Notes: generated by a model not told the origin, from the sequence alone. A DNA stretch of 60,188 nucleotides from an uncultured virus (IMG/VR IMGVR_UViG_3300042569_001770) (IMGVR_UViG_3300042569_001770); one strand, 5' to 3'; shown: positions 40,388-49,296, numbered from the stretch's first letter. Translations and numbers: made by a program.

Positions 40388-41509
40388 GTGCTTACCTTTA
40401 AAGAATATTTATTAAAAGAATTTCGTATACCCGGGCCTAAACCAGAAAAAAACATTTTTCCCGGAGAAATATCCAACGCAATGGAAAAATGGTTTGTTTT
40501 TAAAAAGGGTAATCAATTTACTTTAGACAAATCACCATGCCTTGGTGAAACAACTCCTGTAGGTGTTTTTACTTTTAGTCCTTTCTTTAAAAGAGAAGAA
40601 GGTGTAAAATTTTATAGCGCGGCACAGTTACAACTTTTTACCAAAGAATCAAGAGTTAAAAAATCCCTTCTGCACTTAGCTCGTGGGAAAATGGTAGAAG
40701 GTGTAGAAGAAAATTACAGAGCTAAATTTTTATCTGAAATGATTTCTAAAACTGTACAAACTTTAGAAAAAACAAAACCTTCTATAATTGTAGATATAGA
40801 ATCTACAGCAGATTTTAATAAGTCAGTGTTATCAGGTTATAAAGCACCAAATGTTTTGGGTTATAATAGTATTTTAAAAAATAATTTTAATTATATAGCT
40901 TCAAGATATACCAATCCTAGTGTGGTTAGAGATCAGTTAATGGTTGATACTGTATACTTAAAAGGACCAGAAACCGGTCAACCTAAACCCTATGCAGAAA
41001 TAATTTCTTTAGCTTATGTTGATATGCTAAAAGATATAAGGGAAGGGAAGGAAATTAAGAAAAAAGAAAGAACCACAACTGGTGAAACCAAATTGTCAAT
41101 AGATCTTATAGCATCTGTATTATCTTCCAACTATATAGACAATGCTGTTGCAGAATTTTCTAAAACGATAAAAAAAGGAGTTCCAGCAGCTGAATTATAT
41201 GGTCAGGATCAAATTAATAAATGGATTAAAAAATTAAAAGATTCTAGAACCGTAAAAGAATTTTTATTGCCTAATGATTTTTTTATTTTTGATAAAACTT
41301 TCTGGCAAAACCCATCAAATAATAATATAGTTATATTAGATGACAACATTAATTCCCACAAAACCTTTATAGAAATTAATAAAAGAGTTAAATTATTAAA
41401 TCCTAAAGCAGACATTACATGGGTAGTTGGAATTAAATTTGAAGGCGTATCTGAAGAATCTTGCCCGAAATGCAACACACAACAAAAATCATTACCTTCC
41501 GAAAAATAA
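40388..41509 (+). CDS. Protein with capsid-targeting-like leader and C-terminal PRTase-like motif
   Basis: MLTFKEYLLKE; NIVILDDNINSHKTF resembles a PRPP-binding loop; TAAATA upstream. Confidence 0.6.
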   Translation: MLTFKEYLLKEFRIPGPKPEKNIFPGEISNAMEKWFVFKKGNQFTLDKSPCLGETTPVGVFTFSPFFKREEGVKFYSAAQLQLFTKESRVKKSLLHLARGKMVEGVEENYRAKFLSEMISKTVQTLEKTKPSIIVDIESTADFNKSVLSGYKAPNVLGYNSILKNNFNYIASRYTNPSVVRDQLMVDTVYLKGPETGQPKPYAEIISLAYVDMLKDIREGKEIKKKERTTTGETKLSIDLIASVLSSNYIDNAVAEFSKTIKKGVPAAELYGQDQINKWIKKLKDSRTVKEFLLPNDFFIFDKTFWQNPSNNNIVILDDNINSHKTFIEINKRVKLLNPKADITWVVGIKFEGVSEESCPKCNTQQKSLPSEK

Positions 41510-41940
41510 ATGAACCGTATGGCTGGCTTGGTAATATGAGCGCTCATGCCATAGAAGAAAACAATATACTATATCCAACAGCCGAACATTACTTTCAGTG
41601 TTTGCGGTTTGAAGATAAAGATTTAGTAAAACAAATATGCTCTATTAGATCTCCAATGGGCGCTAAAATGAAGGTTAAAACGTTAAAGGATTATTTTAAA
41701 GTTTTTCCCAGAACATCAAAAGATGTAGACAATATGTCTAAAACATTGGACAAGAAAATAGAACAACATCCTTCTTTGAAACTTTATTTGGAAGATATGA
41801 AAGAAGCTCTCATAATAGAGGATGTTTCCAATCGCCCCAATACTTCGGGTAAATTTTGGGGCATGGCATTGGTAAGCAATGAATGGATAGGTGAAAACCA
41901 TTTAGGAAACCTTTGGATGCAAAAGATTAATAATCTTTAA
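41470..41940 (+). CDS. NADAR (YbiA/DUF1768) family hydrolase
   Basis: F.....PYGWLGNM, YPTAEHYFQ, LIIE, FWG, GENHLGNLWM. Confidence 0.88.
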   Translation: MQHTTKIITFRKINEPYGWLGNMSAHAIEENNILYPTAEHYFQCLRFEDKDLVKQICSIRSPMGAKMKVKTLKDYFKVFPRTSKDVDNMSKTLDKKIEQHPSLKLYLEDMKEALIIEDVSNRPNTSGKFWGMALVSNEWIGENHLGNLWMQKINNL

Positions 41941-41976
41941 TATTGATTTTCTTTTATATTAAAATATAATATATTC

Positions 41977-42129
41977 ATGAGTAAAAGTGATGCAGGTAAA
42001 GGCGATAAACCAAGAAATTGTTTCACGAGACAATTTAAAGAAAATCATGATAAAATTAAATGGGATACCAAACCTACAGATTCCAAAGTAGTAAAAATAT
42101 CCAAAGGCAAGAAAACCTATAAATATTAA
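41977..42129 (+). CDS. 50 aa protein (GKGDKPR motif; not in ORF track)
   Basis: MSKSDAGKGDKPRNCFTRQFKENHDKIKW...; own promoter. Confidence 0.6.
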   Translation: MSKSDAGKGDKPRNCFTRQFKENHDKIKWDTKPTDSKVVKISKGKKTYKY

Positions 42130-42273
42130 TATGTTAAAAACTTTACTATACGCTTTTTGGGTGGCTTACTTTTTTACTAAAAAATCTCCCGTTTTAATAT
42201 CCTTATATATTAAAAAAGAATATCTTTATCTCCGTTTGTTCTTGAATGAACTGTTTGGGCGATAAATATTCAC

Positions 42274-43170
42274 ATGAGTTTTAAGCAGTATTTTGAAGAA
42301 GCAAATGTTCAACGGCTATCTCCGCAGGAAGAAGAACAAGCTGTAAAAATTACTAATGATATTTGGGATCAGTGGAGAGATTTTAAACCCGAAAGCCTTC
42401 CTAAATTAAAACGTAAAGCAATTTCGTTAGATGGTTTTAAATTAATAAAAGTTGCTACTTTAAATTATGAAAGAAGGGATTTAAAAACTCTTCGCAATCG
42501 CCAAAAAGTACTGCCTATCTACGTGAATGTAGCACCTGGTGCAGAAGCAAATGGTGCTTTTGTTCCTCACAGAAATCCTAAGGATGATTATATTTTTATA
42601 GATCATACCTTTTTAGGAGAAACCCTTTCAAAATCTAAATTATATGCTTTAGTCACTCACGAGATTATACACGCCGTACAACATTACCGCAAAATGTCTC
42701 AAGCATATCAAGACGTGTCGGGTAAGAAATCAGAAGATATGACGTTTGAAGATTGGGTTGATTATTATTCTGAACCATTAGAAAAAGAAGCAATCTTCTC
42801 TGAAATGGATGCGTTAATTAGAAATCAATACAAATTATTAACACCCAATCCGAATAACAGTGAATCTATAAACAAATATTTGGATCGCAATCGTGAAAAA
42901 TTTCTTTTAGAATTAGACCTTTTTTCCAAAACACCTTTAGAAAATTATATTTTAAACGAAGAATTACCCCTGCCTCCGAGTTTATTAAAATTTGAACAAT
43001 TCTTGAGAGTTTTATTACAAAGAAGTAATGAACTCAAAAGGGTTAATATTTCTACACCCATACAGAAAAAATTGGATAATTTGCGTAAAGAATTTAAAAT
43101 TAAGTTAATATCAATTTATAACAATTTACAGAAACTAGAGGCTCAACTTAAAATTTCAACAGCAATATGA
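42274..43170 (+). CDS. Zincin-like metallopeptidase with capsid-targeting-like leader
   Basis: MSFKQYFEE leader; THEIIHAVQ (HExxH) and YYSEPLEKEA; TAAATA upstream. Confidence 0.7.
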   Translation: MSFKQYFEEANVQRLSPQEEEQAVKITNDIWDQWRDFKPESLPKLKRKAISLDGFKLIKVATLNYERRDLKTLRNRQKVLPIYVNVAPGAEANGAFVPHRNPKDDYIFIDHTFLGETLSKSKLYALVTHEIIHAVQHYRKMSQAYQDVSGKKSEDMTFEDWVDYYSEPLEKEAIFSEMDALIRNQYKLLTPNPNNSESINKYLDRNREKFLLELDLFSKTPLENYILNEELPLPPSLLKFEQFLRVLLQRSNELKRVNISTPIQKKLDNLRKEFKIKLISIYNNLQKLEAQLKISTAI

Positions 43171-43571
43171 AACTTTCCAAGGAAGTTATAGAGGAGAGAA
43201 TGATTTGCGATTTCAAAGCAGAGATGGAAAAGTTTTATGAGATGGCTGAAAAGCAATACTTTGATAATTTAAATCAAAGGATAGAAGATGGAGATATAGA
43301 CAAAGAATTACAGTCTCCGGGCGTATCCGAAAAAAGTCTAGCAATAAGAGAAGCTGAAAAGTTTTTTGCTGAAATGCCGCAAAAGAGATTAGAATTTGTT
43401 AAAAAATATTGTGACGATGCTAGTAATACCATATTTGATTCTATAAAAAATAATAAATTAAAAGAATCAACTGGTAAAATTATGTTTAGAACACTTAAAC
43501 ATTTTATCCTAGCAGCTGAGATGGAAATGGATAGTCAAACAAAAATGTCCGTTAACAAAAATAAACGTTGA
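43167..43571 (+). CDS. Hypothetical protein
   Basis: 134 aa ORF. Confidence 0.65.
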   Translation: MKLSKEVIEERMICDFKAEMEKFYEMAEKQYFDNLNQRIEDGDIDKELQSPGVSEKSLAIREAEKFFAEMPQKRLEFVKKYCDDASNTIFDSIKNNKLKESTGKIMFRTLKHFILAAEMEMDSQTKMSVNKNKR

Positions 43572-43601
43572 TTTAATATGGATATTTGTTATATTAATAT
43601 T

Positions 43602-43838
43602 ATGAAAGATCTTATTAGAGACATTGTCCGTTTCTTCGTAACATTGGCACCATTTGTTTACGTTGTATTTTGGATGAATGCCAATCCTTGGTGGATCGCT
43701 TTAGGCACATTTTTGTATATGTTTGTTATTAAACATTCTCAACCAGAAATTCAAGAACCTACTGGATGTAAACGTAAGACTTGCTGCAAGCAAAAGAATA
43801 GTGATTCAGGAAGCAACTCCTGTGGCGGTTGTAGTTAA
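43602..43838 (+). CDS. Small membrane protein with Cys-rich tail
   Basis: Two hydrophobic segments; start moved downstream of the promoter. Confidence 0.6.
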   Translation: MKDLIRDIVRFFVTLAPFVYVVFWMNANPWWIALGTFLYMFVIKHSQPEIQEPTGCKRKTCCKQKNSDSGSNSCGGCS

Positions 43839-43841
43839 TTT

Positions 43842-44306
43842 ATGTCACACCCTGTTAAGGGTATGTGCTATACTTTAAACGAAAAAGAACACAATACCCT
43901 ATTAAAAGCAGCCACTGTAATACAACAATCCAAAAAATGGACTCAACAATGGTATGTAAGAAGCTTATTGATAGGACTCAAGGGAGAATATGCTTATAGT
44001 AAATACACCAATCAACCTTTAAACACAACAGTATTTACAGATAGCGGAGACGGTGGAATAGATTTTTCAGATGGAGCGCAAGTCAAAACCACTACCTTTG
44101 ATGGACACGATAAACATATCAGGGTATCAAAAATACTACCCAATGTAGAAAAATATGTTTTAGCATATCATAATCCATCAACTTCTTTGTATAGGGTTAT
44201 ATTGTATGGAGAAGTGTCACGAAAAAATTTTGAATTGAAATCCTACAAGATGTTGAATACAGATTATCTTATTTTGGGTGTCAAGGACCTAGATATTTAT
44301 TATTGA
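43842..44306 (+). CDS. Putative PD-(D/E)XK-like nuclease
   Basis: GLKGEYA, GDGGIDF, QVKTT pattern. Confidence 0.5.
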   Translation: MSHPVKGMCYTLNEKEHNTLLKAATVIQQSKKWTQQWYVRSLLIGLKGEYAYSKYTNQPLNTTVFTDSGDGGIDFSDGAQVKTTTFDGHDKHIRVSKILPNVEKYVLAYHNPSTSLYRVILYGEVSRKNFELKSYKMLNTDYLILGVKDLDIYY

Positions 44307-44352
44307 TTTTCCCCACTAAAATTTATAATATGATTCTGTAATAATTCAAAAC

Positions 44353-45258
44353 ATGAATCTAGATATTAAAGCATCTTCATTTCGTAAAGCAACCCAAGTA
44401 GAAATACCTGATATCTTCTATAAGAGATTCAAAACGGGTATGGAAGATTTGGATTTGGCGTTTGGTGGAGAAGGATTTCTTCCGGGTATGTCATTCACCC
44501 TGGCAGGTACACCAGGTTGTGGCAAAACCACAATGCTTCTTCAGACATTAGAGTTGTTGGAAAAGGCCGGTAAAAAGACAGCATATATTAGTGCAGAAGA
44601 AACCATCTATCAATTAGCATTTACGTCTAAGCGTTTAAACCTCGCCGATGTATGTGTGGCTAATATGAATGTCATAGAAGATATTTTTGATGAAGTAGAA
44701 GCCAACAAATTTGATATTGTTATTTTAGATTCTCTACCCTCTCTCCGCAGTCGTAGAGATTTGAGTAAAATGGCCTTAGAGGCATACCTTTCCAATTACA
44801 TCACCTCTAAAGCTAAAGAATTGAATGTTGTTGTTGGTGTAATTCTCCATTGCACCAAGACAGGAAATTATAAGGGTAGTACCTTATTTCCTCATAGTGT
44901 TGATGCCAACATAATGATGCGTCGCAGTGTTGATAATGAAGATTGGAGGGAAGTAGAATCAACTAAGAATAGGTTCGGCCAAACAGGTATTGTAGTATTT
45001 CCTATGACGCCTAATGGTTTTGATTTTCAGAAAGTTGAACCCGAAGAAGAAGAGGTCTCTCCTAAGAAATCTAAAACAGCGTTGTTAGGAGAAAAGATTA
45101 TAGATTTTGTAGAGGAGCATCAATCTATTAATCCTACTCAAGCAGCAGAGATCTTGGGTGATGTGGGTTTAGTTCAAAGGATTATGAAGGACTTAGTCAA
45201 TGCGGGTATTCTCCAAAGAGAAGGTCGCGGAGCGGATACCGTTTGGGTTATAGAATAA
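44353..45258 (+). CDS. radA: RadA/Sms-like RecA-fold ATPase (truncated type)
   Basis: GTPGCGKTT, YISAEE, ILDSL, H.TK.G..KG...H.VD, KNRFG signature. Confidence 0.8.
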   Translation: MNLDIKASSFRKATQVEIPDIFYKRFKTGMEDLDLAFGGEGFLPGMSFTLAGTPGCGKTTMLLQTLELLEKAGKKTAYISAEETIYQLAFTSKRLNLADVCVANMNVIEDIFDEVEANKFDIVILDSLPSLRSRRDLSKMALEAYLSNYITSKAKELNVVVGVILHCTKTGNYKGSTLFPHSVDANIMMRRSVDNEDWREVESTKNRFGQTGIVVFPMTPNGFDFQKVEPEEEEVSPKKSKTALLGEKIIDFVEEHQSINPTQAAEILGDVGLVQRIMKDLVNAGILQREGRGADTVWVIE

Positions 45259-45301
45259 ATTTTATTGAATTTCCCCTATAAAAATACAATAATATAACAT
45301 T

Positions 45302-45457
45302 ATGAAAAATATCAAAAAAACAATTGAATCGATTCTCAATAGGCTTTTTCCTTTTGACGGTCGTCCAGAAAGGGTTTCAATCCTTATGCAAAGGAACTGG
45401 CTAGAAACAATCTCTTCAGACCTTTATGTCAAAGATTATATGTGGTCAAAAAAATGA
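45302..45457 (+). CDS. Small hypothetical protein (51 aa)
   Basis: ATG after promoter copy at 45265. Confidence 0.55.
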   Translation: MKNIKKTIESILNRLFPFDGRPERVSILMQRNWLETISSDLYVKDYMWSKK

Positions 45458-45621
45458 AACCCAGTCCTTTCCATTTAATAGTTGGCAAACTATCGGATGA
45501 TAGTTTGAAAGATATATACTTGAATTTGGTAAAAATTAATCCTTTGCATTTGCTCTTAGAAAATGATTTATGCAAAGCTATAGTTGATGAGTGGCATTTG
45601 CGTGTGGATCCCAAACATTAA
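45454..45621 (+). CDS. Small hypothetical protein (55 aa)
   Basis: ATGA overlap with previous ORF. Confidence 0.5.
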   Translation: MKPSPFHLIVGKLSDDSLKDIYLNLVKINPLHLLLENDLCKAIVDEWHLRVDPKH

Positions 45622-45659
45622 AGTGGTTTTTCCCAATAAAATAATTTAATATATAAACA

Positions 45660-46226
45660 ATGAAAACATCATTAGCTGTAAGATTGGAAGAGTTGATCGA
45701 AAATACATCAGACAAGCAATTTAACCGGATTTATACAGATCTCAAAGATTATCAGAAAAAACATTTCATTGAATTTAATCTCATGAAGAGTATCTCTCTC
45801 ATGGATGATTTAGTCAACACTATTGAAGAGCAACAGATCTTTCGTAGTAAGTTGAAGAAAAAGTCCATGCAAGTTGTCCATTCTGTAGAAGAACCAGAAG
45901 AAGAAGAGGAGGAAATTGTTGTAGATAATAAAAAAGAAACCTCAACAGAAGAACCCTGGGAAACCTGGTGGAAACAACAACCTGCTGCGTCTCCTAAACC
46001 TTTATCTTTTGGTAAAATATTTGCTTATGTTGTCGGAGCACATATTTGCTTGATTGGATATGTTAGTCTCTATAGCATGTTTAAATCTCCAGTCAAAACA
46101 ACAACAGTTATTGAGACACCAGTCATAGAACAACAAGTAGTCCAACAACGGGTAACATCATCTAAAGTTCCCGACATGCCGAAGTATGTTGGTGGTCCTA
46201 AATCAGATGCTCTCATTCGCCGATAA
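45660..46226 (+). CDS. Hypothetical membrane protein
   Basis: One hydrophobic segment; promoter copy upstream. Confidence 0.65.
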   Translation: MKTSLAVRLEELIENTSDKQFNRIYTDLKDYQKKHFIEFNLMKSISLMDDLVNTIEEQQIFRSKLKKKSMQVVHSVEEPEEEEEEIVVDNKKETSTEEPWETWWKQQPAASPKPLSFGKIFAYVVGAHICLIGYVSLYSMFKSPVKTTTVIETPVIEQQVVQQRVTSSKVPDMPKYVGGPKSDALIRR

Positions 46227-46229
46227 TAT

Positions 46230-46430
46230 ATGTACAGAGGAGATAGATATCTACTGAGTGGTCCTATAAATGAAAGTAGTGATTTTCAATACTGGAGCAC
46301 TGCAAAGGGATGGGTTCTCAGAGAAGAAGCAACTCTTTTTTCTTTCGAGGAAACTGAAGATTTTGAAAGACCACCAGAAGCCCTAGGATGGGTTAAATAT
46401 CAAGAAACCGGATATAAGCAATATTTTTAA
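46230..46430 (+). CDS. Hypothetical protein
   Basis: 66 aa ORF. Confidence 0.55.
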   Translation: MYRGDRYLLSGPINESSDFQYWSTAKGWVLREEATLFSFEETEDFERPPEALGWVKYQETGYKQYF

Positions 46431-46473
46431 AAATAAAATTGATTTTCCTCATAAAAAATACTATATTAATATC

Positions 46474-46923
46474 ATGAACATTCAAAATATACTCACCACT
46501 CTCAATTCAGTAACTGGCCAACATGTAAGTGTTAGCTTTCAGTCAGAACCTAAACCCAGTGCAGCAAATAAAAAATTGGCCCTTAAAAAGATTACAACAG
46601 GAGCTTTCCGTGCTGGAATCAATTATGCCAATCTCACCTCTGTAAAAGAAGGCATTGAGAGCGGAGAGCGCGGAGAAGTTCAATCTCTTCCTTGGGGTGA
46701 GTGGGTTTCATTCCCTTATCACATCCAACACAAAGGCAAAGATTATGTCCGCCTTTATCCGCCAGTTGGTGGATTTATTCAAACACCCAAAGTCCAATAT
46801 TTCATCAATGAAGAGGAAGTAGATAAGGATACATTCAATTCCAAACTTACTCCGTCCGCAGCCAATAAAACCAAGGAAACAGAATGTTTCACCGTAGCAG
46901 CTGACAATATCATTTCCATTTAA
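46474..46923 (+). CDS. Hypothetical protein
   Basis: Own promoter TTGATT-17-TATATT. Confidence 0.7.
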   Translation: MNIQNILTTLNSVTGQHVSVSFQSEPKPSAANKKLALKKITTGAFRAGINYANLTSVKEGIESGERGEVQSLPWGEWVSFPYHIQHKGKDYVRLYPPVGGFIQTPKVQYFINEEEVDKDTFNSKLTPSAANKTKETECFTVAADNIISI

Positions 46924-46927
46924 ACAT

Positions 46928-47176
46928 ATGACACATACAATCAAATCATTACGCCAAAGCGGTTATAAGGTTCGAGTCATGCACTCTCGCGTGTATATCA
47001 AACCCAAATATCAACTTCAAGCCAAAGGAGGATTAACAGAGATTGAGGTAACCACACCTGATCGTTCTCAAACAGTTAAAGGGTCAGCAAAATGTTCCGA
47101 TGTCGATTGCTTTAGTCGTAAAGTTGGAAATGCTATTGCTCTTGGGCGCGCTCTCAAAATGCTAAATATTGAATAA
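46928..47176 (+). CDS. Hypothetical phage protein
   Basis: G.AKCS..D.FSRKVG..IALGRA pattern. Confidence 0.65.
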   Translation: MTHTIKSLRQSGYKVRVMHSRVYIKPKYQLQAKGGLTEIEVTTPDRSQTVKGSAKCSDVDCFSRKVGNAIALGRALKMLNIE

Positions 47177-47177
47177 T

Positions 47178-47372
47178 ATGATAACCCAAATCAAAGAAAA
47201 CAAACCCGAAGACAAAGACAAAGTTCTCATTGGGGAAATTGAAAATCTACCTGATCTAATAGATGGTGGCACTCCAGATCAAGAAGAATCGTCGTTGGAA
47301 GAAGTGAAAGTCAAGTCTTGGAAAGATTCAAAGGTTAGATGCCTTATCCAAGAAACTAAGGATGTCCCATAA
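47178..47372 (+). CDS. Hypothetical protein
   Basis: ATG directly after previous stop. Confidence 0.5.
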   Translation: MITQIKENKPEDKDKVLIGEIENLPDLIDGGTPDQEESSLEEVKVKSWKDSKVRCLIQETKDVP

Positions 47373-47381
47373 AATTTAGTT

Positions 47382-47466
47382 GGAAGGGTGGCAGAGCGGT
47401 CTATTGCAACGGTTTACTAAACCGTCGAGGGTTAAACCTCCGAGAGTTCGAATCTCTCCTCTTCCG
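47382..47466 (+). tRNA. tRNA-Ser, anticodon ACT
   Basis: Acceptor GGAAGGG/CTCTTCC, G73, anticodon arm ACGGT-TTACTAA-ACCGT, long variable arm, T arm GAGAG-TTCGAAT-CTCTC; no encoded CCA. Confidence 0.9.
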
Positions 47467-47531
47467 ATTTTTTTAGAGAAATAAGCATTGCTAATATTTA
47501 AAAAAGATATTATAATTTTGTTAGAATTTAC

Positions 47532-47613
47532 ACACCTGTATCACCACCGCCTTCTAAGCGGTCTTTAACCGTGTAACTGGAGTATGTGCGTTCGAGTCGC
47601 ACCAGGTGTACCA
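47532..47613 (+). tRNA. Atypical tRNA-like RNA, anticodon TCT (Arg), lacking a normal D arm
   Basis: Acceptor ACACCTG/CAGGTGT-A-CCA, ACCGC-CTTCTAA-GCGGT, T arm GTGCG-TTCGAGT-CGCAC. Confidence 0.75.
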
Positions 47614-47624
47614 CTTTATCATTA

Positions 47625-47783
47625 ATGCAATCTATTAAACCAATATCAAACTGGATGAGTCCATCTGATTATAGAGATAGATGGCAACAATTAAAAGAAT
47701 ACAGAGAGACTCTTAAAAAATATGGACAATCAAACAACAAAAAACAAAACAGAGACAATGATAGAAGTAGATCCTCGCATTAA
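47625..47783 (+). CDS. Small hypothetical protein
   Basis: ATG after tRNA; overlaps next ORF. Confidence 0.4.
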   Translation: MQSIKPISNWMSPSDYRDRWQQLKEYRETLKKYGQSNNKKQNRDNDRSRSSH

Positions 47784-47985
47784 AAGAATAATAAAATTTA
47801 GTCCTGGTCTATTTGGATGTTTAATTGCATTGGTGCTAATAGCTGCGATATTTATACCTTATCTCCCTATTTGGGCCGTAAACACTCTATTTGGAACTTC
47901 TATCGCATATTCTTTCCCAAATTGGTGTGCTTCTGCAATCTTATTGGCTTTATTCGGAAATGTAAAAGCTAGCGTTTCCCGATAA
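47722..47985 (+). CDS. Small membrane protein
   Basis: IWAVNTLFGTSIAYSF.NW hydrophobic pattern. Confidence 0.65.
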   Translation: MDNQTTKNKTETMIEVDPRIKRIIKFSPGLFGCLIALVLIAAIFIPYLPIWAVNTLFGTSIAYSFPNWCASAILLALFGNVKASVSR

Positions 47986-48005
47986 AAAATAGTAATATAT
48001 TAATC

Positions 48006-48239
48006 ATGAAAAAACAAATCACCTCTATCTTTACTTCTCATTACGAAGCACTCATGACTCTCACAGACTTTGAAAGTCTCAAGAACAAAGTCTTGGAGAT
48101 TGTAAAAGAATCCAGGATCAATGAAATGGATAAGCGTAAAATTGTATTTGAGGTCGAAAACCGTATCTCCAATCTGTCGCGTCTTCAAATGTATGTAACC
48201 AACTCTATGTTGAAGTATCAGGGCCAAGGCACACGATAA
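48006..48239 (+). CDS. Hypothetical protein
   Basis: Promoter copy upstream. Confidence 0.65.
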   Translation: MKKQITSIFTSHYEALMTLTDFESLKNKVLEIVKESRINEMDKRKIVFEVENRISNLSRLQMYVTNSMLKYQGQGTR

Positions 48240-48240
48240 T

Positions 48241-48504
48241 ATGCTTATCACAGACTTTATAGAAAAACATTATTCCCCAGCTTCTTTGGAGCAATATAAA
48301 GAATGTTTGAATCAATTTGATTGGTTTCATTATATGTCAGATTCTTATTATCCGTCCTTGGATGCTGTATCAAAAGTATTATATACTCTGGCGGTGAGGA
48401 ACGGTGTAGAGTGGCAAAAGGCCTATAATGAAATTCATGAATTGAATTTTAATACAGAATCTTTTCATTCCAACGGCGGGTATAAAAAGCCTTTTGATGT
48501 ATGA
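48241..48504 (+). CDS. Hypothetical protein
   Basis: 87 aa ORF, FDW..YMSD motif. Confidence 0.6.
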   Translation: MLITDFIEKHYSPASLEQYKECLNQFDWFHYMSDSYYPSLDAVSKVLYTLAVRNGVEWQKAYNEIHELNFNTESFHSNGGYKKPFDV

Positions 48505-49067
48505 TTTTTCCCAATAATATCAGGCAAGACATAGAGGAAGTTCTGTATCACGAATCAACTATTTTATCCAGATTGGATGAATTGGCTTCTGGTATTACAT
48601 CAGAATATGCCGACAAAGATCTTACAGTTATATCTATCCTTAACGGTAGTTTCATATTCATGGCAGACCTTTTAAGACGGATTAATCTGCCGTTGCAATT
48701 GGATACTTTGAGTGTTTCAAGCTATCACGGAATGCATTCCTCGGGAGAAATTAATTTCCGTCAACATCAAATTGCAGACGTAAAAGGTCGTCATGTTTTG
48801 CTGCTGGATGACATTTTAGATTCGGGGTTGACTCTAAAAACCATTAAAGAAAAGATATCTAATGAGGGTGCCCTTTCGGTCAAATGTGGCGTCCTTTTTA
48901 GCAAAAAGGTGACCAGGAAAATAGACATTGAGGCTGAGTATGTTGGCTTTGAAATCGACAATAAATTCATTGTTGGCTATGGTTTGGACTACAATGAACA
49001 ATACAGAAACCTGCCTTTTGTGGGTGTTTTGAAGCCAGAGGCCATTAAAAAATGGCAAAAAAAGTGA
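48501..49067 (+). CDS. hpt: Hypoxanthine phosphoribosyltransferase
   Basis: ILNGSFIFMADLLR, VSSY, GRHVLLLDDILDSGLTL, FIVGYGLDYNEQYRNLP. Confidence 0.95.
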   Translation: MIFPNNIRQDIEEVLYHESTILSRLDELASGITSEYADKDLTVISILNGSFIFMADLLRRINLPLQLDTLSVSSYHGMHSSGEINFRQHQIADVKGRHVLLLDDILDSGLTLKTIKEKISNEGALSVKCGVLFSKKVTRKIDIEAEYVGFEIDNKFIVGYGLDYNEQYRNLPFVGVLKPEAIKKWQKK

Positions 49068-49120
49068 TTCAAAATCGCAAAAAAGTGACTCAAAATCTCA
49101 AAAAAATGGTTTAAAATACA
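49058..49120 (+). repeat. 21 bp direct repeat x3 (third copy degenerate) before an AT-rich tract
   Basis: AAAAAAGTGATTCAAAATCGC / AAAAAAGTGACTCAAAATCTC / AAAAAAATGGTTTAAAATACA. Confidence 0.7.
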
Positions 49121-49256
49121 CTTTTTTTGTTTTTAAATTTACAATATTACATTTTACATTTATAAGTTAACCATTTATAATTTATTGATTTATTTTACAA
49201 ATATAGCATTTTAAATTTAAAAAAATAATAAAATATACATATTTCGCAAATAAGAA

Positions 49257-49285
49257 GTGCAATTTCCCTGTAAATAATGTATATT
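49257..49285 (+). promoter_or_regulatory. Candidate promoter of the ncRNA array
   Basis: GTGCAA-17 nt (TTTCCCTGTAAATAATG)-TATATT, with the TTTCCC spacer of the early promoters and an embedded TAAATA. Confidence 0.55.
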
Positions 49286-49296
49286 AGTTTTATTAG

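Noticed and set aside
47556..47558. Amber-suppressor (CTA) reading of the tRNA-like RNA and stop-codon recoding
   Set aside because: The 7 nt loop CTTCTAA centres on TCT, and core genes are intact under the standard code
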